From positions 1 through 30,293 of the forward strand of contig JBBQJX010000001.1 in the NCBI GenBank assembly GCA_038326295.1: a DNA stretch of 30,293 nt. Direction: 5' to 3'. This DNA is from Sphingomonadales bacterium. Lineage in GTDB: Bacteria; Pseudomonadota; Alphaproteobacteria; Sphingomonadales; Sphingomonadaceae. The notes beneath the pieces were generated by a model. The model saw only the letters and a program-made list of their open reading frames with translations, was not told the origin of the DNA and did no database searches. Shown piece by piece: positions 1 through 9,237 of this stretch. The stretch's first letter is position 1, and every line of letters begins with the position of its first letter. A program made the translations under genes and the position numbers.

Positions 1-791
1 TCGCGGTCATCGATCATCACCTCGATGCCGCCGACATCGAGGTGCGCGGCGCGGGCGATGCGCTCGGCGGCGTCGATCAGTTCGGGGGCGGGATCGGCGC
101 GGGCGATTCGGATGGCGGAGGCACCGCGACCGATCTGGCACGCATCGGCGGGGCAGAGATCGAAACTGTCGGCGGGGCTTTCGATATCGATCGCATAGAG
201 GAATTTGCCGCCGAGCGTCTCGATGCGCGTGATCCTGCCGTCGCGCGCCGGTACATAATCTTGGACGAGGAGCACGTTGTCGATGCTTTCGGGCATCGTG
301 CGCGCCGCGATCGACGCCGCCAGCTCCGGGGCATCGTGATAGCGCACGATCCCCGCGCCCGAGCCGCCGAGGTTCGCCTTGACGATCAGCGGGAAGCCGA
401 TTGCTTGGTCCGCGGCGGGCAGATCGGCCGTGCGATGGACGACGCGCGTGCGTGGAATGCCGAGGCCGAGCCCGGCGATCAGCGACATCTGCCGCGCCTT
501 CGAACTATCGACCGCGATCACGTCCGCGCCGTTGATGACGCGCGCGCCCCGCGCGGCCCAGTGCGCGAAGAGCGCCTCGGCATAGAAAATGCCGTGCTCC
601 GCCTCGCGCAGGAAGCTCGACATCGCGACGCGACTGAGGATGACGGGCGCGGGCGGCACCGGATCGGCGGGATCGAAGCTGTGCCCCGAGAGGTGGAACG
701 CCTCATAGAGGACCCCGCGCCGGTCGAGCGCCGCGAACAGCGGGGTGAACCAGGCGGGATGTTCGTAGAGGATGGCGAGATCGGTCGGCAT
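1..791 (-). CDS. RimK-like ATP-grasp ligase, 3' end runs off the left edge
   Basis: Not in the ORF track because no stop lies in the window. Manual translation from ATG at 791: MPTDLAILYEHPAWFTPLFAALDRRG...SKARQMSLIAGLGLGIPRT...FPLIVKANLGGSGAGI...LLVQDYVP...GGIEVMIDDR. This has the ATP-grasp K-x-N-x-GGSGxG loop and the Q-[DE]-Y motif. Confidence 0.85.
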   Translation of the reverse strand, partial: MPTDLAILYEHPAWFTPLFAALDRRGVLYEAFHLSGHSFDPADPVPPAPVILSRVAMSSFLREAEHGIFYAEALFAHWAARGARVINGADVIAVDSSKARQMSLIAGLGLGIPRTRVVHRTADLPAADQAIGFPLIVKANLGGSGAGIVRYHDAPELAASIAARTMPESIDNVLLVQDYVPARDGRITRIETLGGKFLYAIDIESPADSFDLCPADACQIGRGASAIRIARADPAPELIDAAERIARAAHLDVGGIEVMIDDR

Positions 792-1026
792 CGGGACCAC
801 ATAGCAACGAACGCCGGGGTGTCATCCGCTCGTGGCGTAGAGACCGCGTTTGCGCGTCGGGCGAGCGGTTCTTCGACATCGTAAGGTTGGGCGCGAAGCG
901 GAAGCAGGCTACTTCCCAGTGTGCGAATTCTGGCTGACGTTTGAACTTTTGCGCAACGTAGCGCCCAGCTGTGTCATGTGGCGATGGTCCTGACCGGAAA
1001 CCCTCCAACCAAGAGCCGAAAACCGC

Positions 1027-1992
1027 ATGGCCGATCCAATCGTAACGTCGATCGCCTCGGGCCGCCTCACCGCGACCGTCTCGTCGTTCGGTGCCGAACT
1101 GCGCAGCCTCGCCGACGCGCAGGGGAACGAGCTGCAATGGGACGGCGATCCAGCCATCTGGAGCGGGCGCGCACCCATCCTGTTCCCGGTGATCGGAATG
1201 CTCCACGGCGGCGGCTACCGGCTGGGTGACGCGCACTATCCAATGCCCAAGCACGGCTTCGCGCGGCACTCCACGTTCGAGACCGTCGAGCGAACGCCGA
1301 ACGCCATCACGCTACGGCTCGCAGCGAGCGCGGCGAGCCGCGCCATCTACCCCTTCGAGTTCCGGCTCGACATCGCCTTTACAATCCACGAAGCCACGCT
1401 CGACATGAAGGCGACGATCGCCAATCGGGGCGACACCGCGATGCCTGCGAGCTTCGGCTTCCACCCCGCGCTGCGCTGGCCGCTGCCGTTCGGCCAGCCG
1501 CGCGGCGAACACACGATCCGTTTCGCCGAGCCCGAGCCCGCGCCGGTCCGGCGGATCGACGCGGGCGGCTTGCTCACGCCCGCCCCGCGCCCAAGTCCGG
1601 TGGTCGGCGACACGCTCGCGCTTCGCGACGATCTTTTCGTCGAGGACGCGCTGATCTTCGATCGCCTGTCGAGCCGCCGCGTCACCTTCGGTGCGCCGAC
1701 CGGCCGCCGGATCGAGCTGCGCTTCGAAGATTTCCCGACGCTCGGCATCTGGACCAAACCCGGCGCGAACTTCATCTGCATCGAGCCATGGCGGGGCGTC
1801 TCCGATCCGGTCGGCTTCAACGGCGATCTGCGCGACAAACCCGGCATCGCCCTGATCGCGCCGGGCGCGAGCCTGCCTCTGGGGATGAGCATTGCGGTGC
1901 TGCCGAAGGGGCCGACGCGCGTGCTGCCGTCGCGGAGCTATGGCGCAAGTACCGGGACGGAGAGGAGATCGAGCTGCGGCGAGCGCATGTAG
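1027..1992 (+). CDS. Aldose 1-epimerase (galactose mutarotase-like) family protein; last ~30 aa appear to be read-through into integrase DNA
   Basis: Motifs APILFPVIG, HGFAR, GFHPA and CIEPW. Family-like sequence ends near GMSIAVL (~1900). Confidence 0.85.
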   Translation: MADPIVTSIASGRLTATVSSFGAELRSLADAQGNELQWDGDPAIWSGRAPILFPVIGMLHGGGYRLGDAHYPMPKHGFARHSTFETVERTPNAITLRLAASAASRAIYPFEFRLDIAFTIHEATLDMKATIANRGDTAMPASFGFHPALRWPLPFGQPRGEHTIRFAEPEPAPVRRIDAGGLLTPAPRPSPVVGDTLALRDDLFVEDALIFDRLSSRRVTFGAPTGRRIELRFEDFPTLGIWTKPGANFICIEPWRGVSDPVGFNGDLRDKPGIALIAPGASLPLGMSIAVLPKGPTRVLPSRSYGASTGTERRSSCGERM

Positions 1993-2745
1993 GCCCCAGG
2001 CCCGGAATACCCACCTTCGAACAGGCGGCGCGCGCGTGTCATGCGGCGATCAGGCAGGGATGGCACAATGCCAAGCACAGCGATTCCTCGAGGGCCTGCC
2101 TCGAAAACCATATGTTCCCGACGATCGGAAGGGAGCCGGTCGATCGGATCGACAGCATCAAGGTGCGTGACGCACTCGCGCCGATGTGGCTGTCCGTGCC
2201 CGAGACGGCGCGGCGCACGCTCCAGCGGATCGGGACCGTTCTCGACTTTGCCCATGGGAACGGCTGGTGCCCGACTGAGGCGGCGCTGCGCTCGGTCCGC
2301 AAGGGATTGCCGCACCAGCCCGGGCGGGACGCGCATTGCGAGGCGATGGCGTTTGCGGACGTCCCCGCGTTCCTGACCGCGCTACAGGCGCTGACCACCA
2401 CCGCAGGGCTCCTCAGACATTGCGTTGGTGTTCGCCAACGATGGCGAGAGATCGCTGAGCGATATGACGATGACCAAGGTGTTGCGCGACATGGGCTACG
2501 CCCGGATCATGGTGCATGGCTTCCGCTTGGCGTTCACGGACTGGGCAGCCGAGGAGACCGATACGCCAAAAGAGGTGGTGGGTAAGGCATTGGCGCATCG
2601 CATTCCCGATCGGGTCGAAGCCGCGTACCGGCGCACCGACTGCTTCGAGAAGCGGCGCGTCCTGATGGAAGGCTGGTGCAAGTCCGTCGAGGGACCTGGC
2701 GAAAGATGCTCGACCGATCGTGACGCAATCATGCGATCTATGTAG
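1900..2745 (+). pseudogene. P4-like tyrosine integrase, in two fragments and two frames
   Basis: Fragment 1 (~1900-2413): PTFEQAARACH...GWHNAKH...LENHMFPTIG...PETARRTLQRIGTVLDFAH...MAFADVPAF. Fragment 2 (2425-2745): SDMTMTKVLR...HGFR...DWAAEET...ALAH...EAAYRRTD..EKRRVLM..W. The arm-binding N-terminus and the segment with the first catalytic Arg are absent. Confidence 0.85.
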
Positions 2746-2773
2746 ACCGCAGGCGCAGCGGAAAGGCAGCACG

Positions 2774-4288
2774 ATGGACGACCGTATCGCCAAACCGGAA
2801 CCGGGCGGCTCCGGTCCCGTGGCCATGCTCGTCACGCGGCTCGCGCGCGGTGTGGATCATGCGCACGTGCTGACACACCTGGCCGAGCAGGGCATGATTT
2901 CGGGGCGGTATATTCTGCTGACGATCCTGTCGGCCGCGATCGCCATGCTGGGACTGCTGCTGTCCTCGCCCGCAGTTATTATCGGCGCGATGCTGGTGTC
3001 ACCGCTGATGGGGCCGATCATCCTGCTTGGGCTGAGCTTCTGGCGCGTCGACTGGCAATCGATCCGCCGCGCCGTGACGAGCCTCGCGACCGGGTTCGCG
3101 GTTGCCTTCGCGGTCGCTGCGCTGCTGACCTGGGCTTCGCCGCTCAAGGAGCCGACGGCGGAAATCCTTTCGCGCACGCGCCCCAACCTGTTCGATCTGC
3201 TGGTCGCGGTCTTTTCGGGCGTTGCGGGCGGCTATGCGGTCGTGCGCGAGCGCGGCGAAACGGTGATCGGCGTCGCGATCGCGACCGCGCTGATGCCGCC
3301 GGTCGCGGCGGTCGGTTTTGGTGTCGGTATCGGGGACTGGCGTATCGCGGGCGGTGCGCTGCTGCTGTTTACGACGAACCTGATCGCGATCGCCATCGCG
3401 GCGGCTGCGGTCGCGGCGCTGTTCGGCTTCCACCGTCAATCGCCGGGGCGCGGCTGGCTGGGCAATGTGGCAGTGTTCGCGGTGCTGGCGGGGCTGTGTG
3501 TCCCGCTGACGCTGTCGCTGCGCACGATCGTGCGCGAAAGCCGCGCGACGGTGCTGACGCACAAGCAAGTAAAGGCGATTTTCGGATCAAATGCGCGGCT
3601 GAGCGGACTGACTGCGCGCGAAGAGGATGGGCGAATGCGCATCGGCGGCCTCGTCGCCACACCCAGGTTCGTCCGCACCGGCAATGACGATCTCACGCGG
3701 CACCTGGCGGACGCGCTTGGCCAGCCGGTGGAAGTGACGATCGGCCAGGTCGTGCTCGCGCATCCCGAGCGGTTGTCCATTACCACGTCCAATCCCGCAA
3801 CGAGGCCCTCACCGACCGATCCCGCCGCGCAGACGGTGCAGTCGCTGCGCGATGCGGTGCCTTTCGCCACGCAGTCGATCGCCTACGATCCCGCGAGCGA
3901 GACAGCCCTGGTGATGCTCGCTGCGCGTAGCGGTCTGGCACTCCACACTGCCCGCGTGCTCGAAGAACGATTGCGTGCGCGTGACGGGCTGGCGAAGGTT
4001 CGCGTTCTTCCGCCCGTCGCATCGCTCGCGCCCGCGCCGCTGACGATGATCGACAAGGCTCCCGTGTTCGGCGCCGAGCTCGACGATGCGCTCTGGGCGC
4101 TCACGCGCTGGCGAGCGGCGGCGGTAAGCGCGCACCTCTGCCGAGCGCCGCGATCGACGCGAGAACCGGTTCGTGCGCTGCTTGCCGAGCGCCTGCAGGA
4201 CACGGTGGTGACGTTCGACACCCCGTCCCGCTCGGCGTGCCGCACGCTCGGGGCAACCGCGCCCGCGCTTGTCCTCGTGCCCGGATGA
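2774..4288 (+). CDS. DUF389 (TIGR00341-like) membrane protein with C-terminal soluble extension
   Basis: Motifs SSPAVIIGAMLVSPLMGPI, EILSRTRPNLFDLLVA and GVAIATALMPP. GAAAGG ribosome-binding site before ATG 2774. Confidence 0.85.
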   Translation: MDDRIAKPEPGGSGPVAMLVTRLARGVDHAHVLTHLAEQGMISGRYILLTILSAAIAMLGLLLSSPAVIIGAMLVSPLMGPIILLGLSFWRVDWQSIRRAVTSLATGFAVAFAVAALLTWASPLKEPTAEILSRTRPNLFDLLVAVFSGVAGGYAVVRERGETVIGVAIATALMPPVAAVGFGVGIGDWRIAGGALLLFTTNLIAIAIAAAAVAALFGFHRQSPGRGWLGNVAVFAVLAGLCVPLTLSLRTIVRESRATVLTHKQVKAIFGSNARLSGLTAREEDGRMRIGGLVATPRFVRTGNDDLTRHLADALGQPVEVTIGQVVLAHPERLSITTSNPATRPSPTDPAAQTVQSLRDAVPFATQSIAYDPASETALVMLAARSGLALHTARVLEERLRARDGLAKVRVLPPVASLAPAPLTMIDKAPVFGAELDDALWALTRWRAAAVSAHLCRAPRSTREPVRALLAERLQDTVVTFDTPSRSACRTLGATAPALVLVPG

Positions 4289-4310
4289 TACCGCGAATCG
4301 CGCGCAGCCG

Positions 4311-5465
4311 ATGGAACCATCGGCGAAGCACACCGATTTGGCGAGCGTGAGCCGACTGCCTTCCGACCTCGTGACCCAAGACAATGCTGGCGGGGTCGAC
4401 GAGCGGACTCCGGTGCCGCGCTCCTCGTGGGCGCTCGGCTTGCTTGCCGCGCTGGCGCTCGCTCAGGCGTTGAAGGTCAGCGCTCCGATTTCGTTGCCGA
4501 TCGCCACCGCGTTCCTTATCGCGCTCTCGGTCTGGCCGCTGTGCCGCGTGGTGCGCGACCGGATGCCGAAGAAATTGCGCTGGGTGGGGGTGACGACCGC
4601 GATGCTGATCGTGCTCGTGTTGATCGCCGCCTTCATCGCGGGGCTGGCGCTCGCAGCCTCGCAGGTCGCGGCCGGGATCGACCAGTTCGGCGGGGAAGCG
4701 CGGGCCCGCCTGCAGGAAACGTTCACAAGCGGACGGCTTGGATCGCTCGTCACTGCGGCACAGCAGTTTGTGGGAGGTGCGACGAGCGCGCTGCAACAAG
4801 TTCAGGGGTTCGCACGCGGTCTGCTCGCCGCGCTCTGGAGCACGATCGCGGGCATGGGGCTGATCGTCGTGCTCGTGCTTCTCATGCTGACCGAGGGCGA
4901 CGCCTGGAGCGCAAAGCTCGCCGCGATCGCGCGTGATAATCGTTGGCACGAAGCGGCAACCGCGATCGGACAACGCTTTCGCGATTACTTCCTGGCGACC
5001 CTGGCGATCGGTGGCGCGACCGGGCTGCTATACGCGGGATTCCTGTCGGTTGTGGGGCTGCGTTTCGCGTTCGTGTTCGCGCTGCTGGGCGGACTTGGGA
5101 ATTTCATCCCGAGCCTGGGCTCGATCTTCACGGTTGCGCTGCCGACCGCGTTCGCGCTCGCGCTGAATGATCCCTCGACCGCGCTCTTCGTATTCGGCGG
5201 CTTGTTGGTGATCGAAATCGTGATGGGTAATGTGATCCAGCCGCTCTTCACCGGCGATCGGCTCGCAATCTCGCCGCTGGTCGTGATCGTATCGCTCCTC
5301 GTATGGAGCTGGATCTGGGGAACGGCGGGAGCGTTGCTCGCGGTGCCGATGACCGCACTGATGCTGATCGTCCTCGCGCAGGTGCCAAGGCTGCGTCCGC
5401 TCGCGCTGATGCTGAGCGACAAGCGCGCGATCGCCGCAGTGCGCGCGGCGGCGAAGCCGCGCTGA
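4311..5465 (+). CDS. AI-2E family transporter
   Basis: Multi-TM protein with NFIPSLGS, GNVIQPLFTG..LAISPLVVIVSLLVWSWIWG..GALLAVP. Start is uncertain. Confidence 0.85.
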   Translation: MEPSAKHTDLASVSRLPSDLVTQDNAGGVDERTPVPRSSWALGLLAALALAQALKVSAPISLPIATAFLIALSVWPLCRVVRDRMPKKLRWVGVTTAMLIVLVLIAAFIAGLALAASQVAAGIDQFGGEARARLQETFTSGRLGSLVTAAQQFVGGATSALQQVQGFARGLLAALWSTIAGMGLIVVLVLLMLTEGDAWSAKLAAIARDNRWHEAATAIGQRFRDYFLATLAIGGATGLLYAGFLSVVGLRFAFVFALLGGLGNFIPSLGSIFTVALPTAFALALNDPSTALFVFGGLLVIEIVMGNVIQPLFTGDRLAISPLVVIVSLLVWSWIWGTAGALLAVPMTALMLIVLAQVPRLRPLALMLSDKRAIAAVRAAAKPR

Positions 5466-5702
5466 TGATGGCGCACTGGGCGATCGCGCTCGGCGCGGCG
5501 CGCGCGCCGTGGCTGTCGCGGCTCGTGGAAGGGCGCGTCGTCGATCTCGCGACCGGCGGACGGCTCGCCGAGCGCACGCGGCGGGTGCACGGCGTGTCCG
5601 ACGCCGATCTGGACGAGGCGCTGCGCGGGCGTGGAACGGGTGGAGGAAACGCGCAAGATCACGTTCGAGCCGAGCGGCAAGATCAACGTGCTCAAAGCCT
5701 GA
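5465..5702 (+). pseudogene. YetF/DUF421 C-terminal fragment with a frameshift near 5635
   Basis: Frame 1: ...SRLVEGRVVDLATGGRL....HGVSDADLDEALR. A shifted frame continues VEETRKITFEPSGKINVLKA* (TGA 5700-5702). The N-terminal TM part is missing. Confidence 0.7.
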
Positions 5703-6085
5703 TGCTCGATACGATCAAGACGCTCACCGTATGGCTCGCGACGGGAACCGAAGGGATCGGCGGGCTGATCATCGCCGTCGCGGTGATCGAGGCGGCGCTC
5801 CGAACCGTGCGACTGTTTTTCGTCCCCGCCGCGCCCGCGCAGGCGGAGGCCAGCCACGAAGCCAAGGAGGAAGTGCGCCTCCGGCTCGGCCGCTGGCTCG
5901 CGCTCGCGCTTGAGTTCGAGCTGGGTGCCGATATCCTGCGCACGGCGGTCGCACCGACCTGGTCCGAGATCGGGCAGCTCGCCGCGATCGCGACCGTGCG
6001 CACCGCGCTCAACTATTTCCTGCAACGCGAGATCGACAACGCTGCGGCGCGGCGTGGCGCGGCGCGGGTAAAGACAAACCCGTAG
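5702..6085 (+). CDS. DUF1622 family membrane protein
   Basis: RLRLGRWLALALEFELGADILRTAVAPTWSEIGQLAAIATVRTALNYFL. ATG overlaps the upstream TGA (TGATG). Confidence 0.85.
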   Translation: MLDTIKTLTVWLATGTEGIGGLIIAVAVIEAALRTVRLFFVPAAPAQAEASHEAKEEVRLRLGRWLALALEFELGADILRTAVAPTWSEIGQLAAIATVRTALNYFLQREIDNAAARRGAARVKTNP

Positions 6086-6121
6086 CGCGCGCGAGACGCG
6101 CCTACGATCAGAGTTCGTCAG

Positions 6122-7318
6122 CTATTTCTCCTTGCCTGGCTCCACCAGGCCCAGCGCGCGCAGCAGCAGCGGCATCGTCAGGCCCTGGCCGAAGATCGAG
6201 ATCGCCACGACCGCGAACGCAGTCAGGATGATTGTGCCGCGCTGCGGCAGGTCGGCGGGCAGGCCGAGCGCCAGCGCGAGCGCAAGCGCGCCACGCAGCC
6301 CGCCCCAAACGAGGATATGCTGATGGCGCGGATCGACCCGCAAGCGCGAGCGCGCGAACAGCGCGCTCAGCGGATAGATGGCGGACGCGCGTGCGACGAG
6401 GATGACGAGCGACGCGAGCAGCGCGGGCTTCCAGATATCAAGCAGCGGCAAGCCGCCGCTCCGCCCGCCGATCAGCACGAAGACGAGCGAGTTGGCGAGG
6501 AAGGCCGCATATTCCCAGAACGCCCAAACGCCCGGACGGCTCGCCTCGGCGATCGGACCCAGGCGGCCCAGATTACCCACCACCAGCCCGGCGGTGAGCG
6601 AGGCGAGCACGCCCGACAGATGAAAATGCTCGGCCAAGAGGAAGCTTCCGTAGGCCGCGAGCGTGGTCAGCGTGATTTCGACGAGCTTGTCGGTAGTGCG
6701 CCCCGCGACGAGCAGCAGCGCGCCCGCGACCAGCCCGCCCGCCGCGATGCCTCCCGCGACCGATCGCGCGATCTCGAGCGCGATGCCGGGCGCGGTCAGC
6801 GCTTCGCCCGAGGCGAACTCGAGCGCGAGCGCGAACAGCACGGCGGCGACCCCGTCGTTCAGCAGGCTTTCGGACTCGACGAGCAGATGCAGCCGATCAC
6901 CGACCCTGGTTTCCTTGAACAGCGCGATCACCGAGACCGGATCGGTCGCGGCGATGAGCGAGCCGAAGAGCGCCGCCCCGGCCCAGCTCCAGCCGATGAT
7001 GAAATGCATCCCCGCCGCGACCACGCACGAAGACACGCCGACGCCGATGAAGGCGAGCGTGATGACGACGGGCAGATCGCGCCGGAGCGCGGGCCAGCGG
7101 ATATTGAGCGCGGCCTCGAACACGAGCGGCGGCAGGAAGACCAGGAACACGATTGTCTTGGACAGCGGAAAATCGATGCTGACCGGCGCGATCGCGAGCG
7201 CCAAGCCCGCCGCGACCAGCCCGACGCTGTAGGGGACGCGCAGCTTCTCGGCCACGATCGCGGTCAGCATCGCTACGAACAGCAGCATCCCGAGCGTGGT
7301 GATATTGGCTTCTAGCAC
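6122..7318 (-). CDS. CPA1 family cation:proton (Na+/H+) antiporter
   Basis: Motifs FLPPLVFEAA, AATDPVSVIALF, ESLLNDGVA and WGGLRGAL. GTG start; no cytoplasmic C-terminal domain. Confidence 0.9.
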   Translation of the reverse strand: MLEANITTLGMLLFVAMLTAIVAEKLRVPYSVGLVAAGLALAIAPVSIDFPLSKTIVFLVFLPPLVFEAALNIRWPALRRDLPVVITLAFIGVGVSSCVVAAGMHFIIGWSWAGAALFGSLIAATDPVSVIALFKETRVGDRLHLLVESESLLNDGVAAVLFALALEFASGEALTAPGIALEIARSVAGGIAAGGLVAGALLLVAGRTTDKLVEITLTTLAAYGSFLLAEHFHLSGVLASLTAGLVVGNLGRLGPIAEASRPGVWAFWEYAAFLANSLVFVLIGGRSGGLPLLDIWKPALLASLVILVARASAIYPLSALFARSRLRVDPRHQHILVWGGLRGALALALALGLPADLPQRGTIILTAFAVVAISIFGQGLTMPLLLRALGLVEPGKEK

Positions 7319-7345
7319 CGGCCCCTCGTCCGCGTTTGCAACCGC

Positions 7346-8329
7346 TCAGGCAACCCCCTCGCGCGCCGGTGGGTTCCCATCGTTATTTAGCGGGGGCTGC
7401 CGCATACCCACCGCGAGCGGGCGCGGTTTGGGCGGCGCGTCGCCTGCGGGCCATCCCTCGCGCTGGCGGCTACGATCGCCGTCAGTTTCTTCGGTCTGAT
7501 CGTGCCATAATACCACCTGCGTCGGGAAAGGCAGGTCGAAACCCGCCTTCACCGCCGCCTGCTTGACCGCGAGGATCACCTTTGCGCGCGTCGCGACGAC
7601 ATCGGCGCGCGAAGCCTTGGTCCACCAGCGAAGCTTGATGTTGACGCTCGATCCGGCGAGTTCCCAGGCCAGCGCCTCGGGTGCGGGGTCCTTGGCGATC
7701 GAGGCGATCCCGCTTAGCGCCTCGATCAGCACACGCTGCGTTCTCGCCACGTCGTCGCCGTAGCCGATGCCGACGTCATATTCGTCGCGCCGCGTCTCGA
7801 ACGCGGTCATCACGGTGACCGGGTTGGTGTAGACGTCGGCGTTGGGGATGACGATCCGGCGCGCGTCGTAGGTGCGGATCATGGTGGCGCGCGACGTGAT
7901 ATGTTCGACCGTGCCCTCCAGCCCCTTCACGATGATCTGATCGCCTTGCCGGAACGGCTGGTTGAGGAGGATGAGCAGCCCCGAGACCCAGTTCTGCAAG
8001 ATATCCTTGAACGCGAACCCGATCGCGACCGAGCCGAAGCCGAGCGCGGTCAGGATGTTCGCGGGTTGGATCGAGGGAAAGATGATCGCGGCAACGACGA
8101 GCACGCCAAGCACGATGATCGCCCATTTGGCGGTGCCGCCCAGGATGTTGCCCAGATCGCGCCGATCGCGCAGTCCGAAGCCGCGCTCGATTGCGGTATG
8201 CGCCAGCCGGGCGACGACGTAGAAGATCGCCATTACGATCACACCGAAGACGATGTTGGGGAGCTGGTAGAAGAAGCCGTTCGCCATATCGTGCAGCTTG
8301 GCGGTGGCGGAGGCGAGATCGGCCTGCAT
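7346..8329 (-). CDS. Small-conductance mechanosensitive channel (MscS family)
   Basis: GFAFKDILQNWVSGLLIL...PFRQGDQI...GTVEHITSRAT...IPNADVYTNPV...FPTQ. AAGGA ribosome-binding site before ATG 8329. Confidence 0.9.
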   Translation of the reverse strand: MQADLASATAKLHDMANGFFYQLPNIVFGVIVMAIFYVVARLAHTAIERGFGLRDRRDLGNILGGTAKWAIIVLGVLVVAAIIFPSIQPANILTALGFGSVAIGFAFKDILQNWVSGLLILLNQPFRQGDQIIVKGLEGTVEHITSRATMIRTYDARRIVIPNADVYTNPVTVMTAFETRRDEYDVGIGYGDDVARTQRVLIEALSGIASIAKDPAPEALAWELAGSSVNIKLRWWTKASRADVVATRAKVILAVKQAAVKAGFDLPFPTQVVLWHDQTEETDGDRSRQREGWPAGDAPPKPRPLAVGMRQPPLNNDGNPPAREGVA

Positions 8330-8375
8330 CGTGTGTTCCTTGGGTGATCCGGCTGCGATAGGACGCAGAGCGCCG

Positions 8376-8400
8376 AACGACCGGCTGGCAAGCGTGTTGC
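8376..8400 (-). promoter_or_regulatory. Possible EcfG/sigmaT general-stress promoter for mscS (GCAAC-N16-CGTT)
   Basis: Minus strand reads GCAAC-acgcttgccagccggt-CGTT, ~45 nt upstream of the mscS ATG; one mismatch to GGAAC. Confidence 0.4.
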
Positions 8401-8408
8401 CAGCCGGT
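8380..8408. repeat. Perfect 12-bp inverted repeat (hairpin or terminator candidate)
   Basis: ACCGGCTGGCAA-gcgtg-TTGCCAGCCGGT, just past the stop of the 8415-8675 gene. Confidence 0.75.
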
Positions 8409-8414
8409 GTCTTC

Positions 8415-8675
8415 CTACTTGGGCTGCGCGGAGTCCATCGCCTTGTCGGCCGCCTTCGCATGCGCGATCGCCGACTGCTTGGCGTGATACGCTGCACGCC
8501 GGTGCTGCATCGCCTTGTGGCGCGGCGAGGCCGAGGCCTTGGCCATCGAGCTTGCCTGCGCCGCCATGGCGGTATGTTCGTCGGCGGGCGTCGTGCCCGT
8601 CGTGGTCTGCGCGAACGATGGTGCCACGACCGCGAGGCTGAGTGCCGACGCGGCGAGCAGGTGCCGGATTTTCAT
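8415..8675 (-). CDS. Small secreted Ala/His/Lys-rich low-complexity protein (86 aa)
   Basis: GAAAGGA ribosome-binding site; signal peptide MKIRHLLAASALSLAVVAPSFA; followed by the hairpin. Confidence 0.75.
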   Translation of the reverse strand: MKIRHLLAASALSLAVVAPSFAQTTTGTTPADEHTAMAAQASSMAKASASPRHKAMQHRRAAYHAKQSAIAHAKAADKAMDSAQPK

Positions 8676-8781
8676 GATGTCGTCCTTTCGGGTTCTCGAT
8701 CGGTGCGGGGGCACCGAAATCGGCGATCCGTCAGCATGGGTCTCATAGCGACGAAGCTTTCGTTACATCGCTTTTAACTGG

Positions 8782-9237
8782 CTAGTGTCGCTTCGTGCCG
8801 GACAGACGCCCAGCCCACGGCCCCGCTCCATATCGAAGCCGATGAAGGCGGCGAGGTCGCGTTTGAGGTCGCCGCTTGTCGGACGCCATGTCCTTGCTCC
8901 GCTCGCGCGACAGCGCGCGCACGAGGTTGTCGCGGTCGGCAAAGTCATCCTGGCCGTAGTAGAGCTGAACACCGTCGCGGTGGCGTGACAGGCCGACGTA
9001 CGCAAAATATCGGTCCATGCCGGGCGCGGCGAGCACGTGCGCGCGATCGACGGTAACGCCCTGCGCCTTGTGGAAGGTCGCAGCATAGCCGTAGTCGATG
9101 TGGGCGTAGTCCTTGAGGTCGAACGCGACGCTGCGCCCGTCGTCGAGCCGCACCGCCATGCGCTCGGGCGAGACCTGCTCGACGGTGGCCAGCGTGCCGT
9201 TCTTCACGCCGAGGCTTCGCTCGTTCTTGAGGAACAC
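8782..9237 (-). pseudogene. traA: Ti-type conjugative relaxase/helicase TraA, C-terminal helicase fragment
   Basis: VFLKNERSLGVKNGT...IDYGYAATFHKAQGVTVDRAHVLA...AYVGLSRHRD...LSRERSKDMASD matches the RecD-like helicase motifs of TraA. No relaxase domain is present. Confidence 0.85.

Noticed and set aside
42-884. 280-aa plus-strand ORF
   Set aside because: It is antisense to the ATP-grasp gene, which has the motifs and the codon bias.
791-2000. Second copy of the tRNA-Ala 3' end (att duplication) at the left island boundary
   Set aside because: No TGGTGGAGCC or ATCGAACCCC match was found by eye; the closest (tggtcctgacc, ~985) is too poor.
4313-4338. GGAAC-N16-CGATT inside the AI-2E 5' end as an EcfG promoter
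   Set aside because: The -10 element is non-consensus and it lies within the likely coding region.
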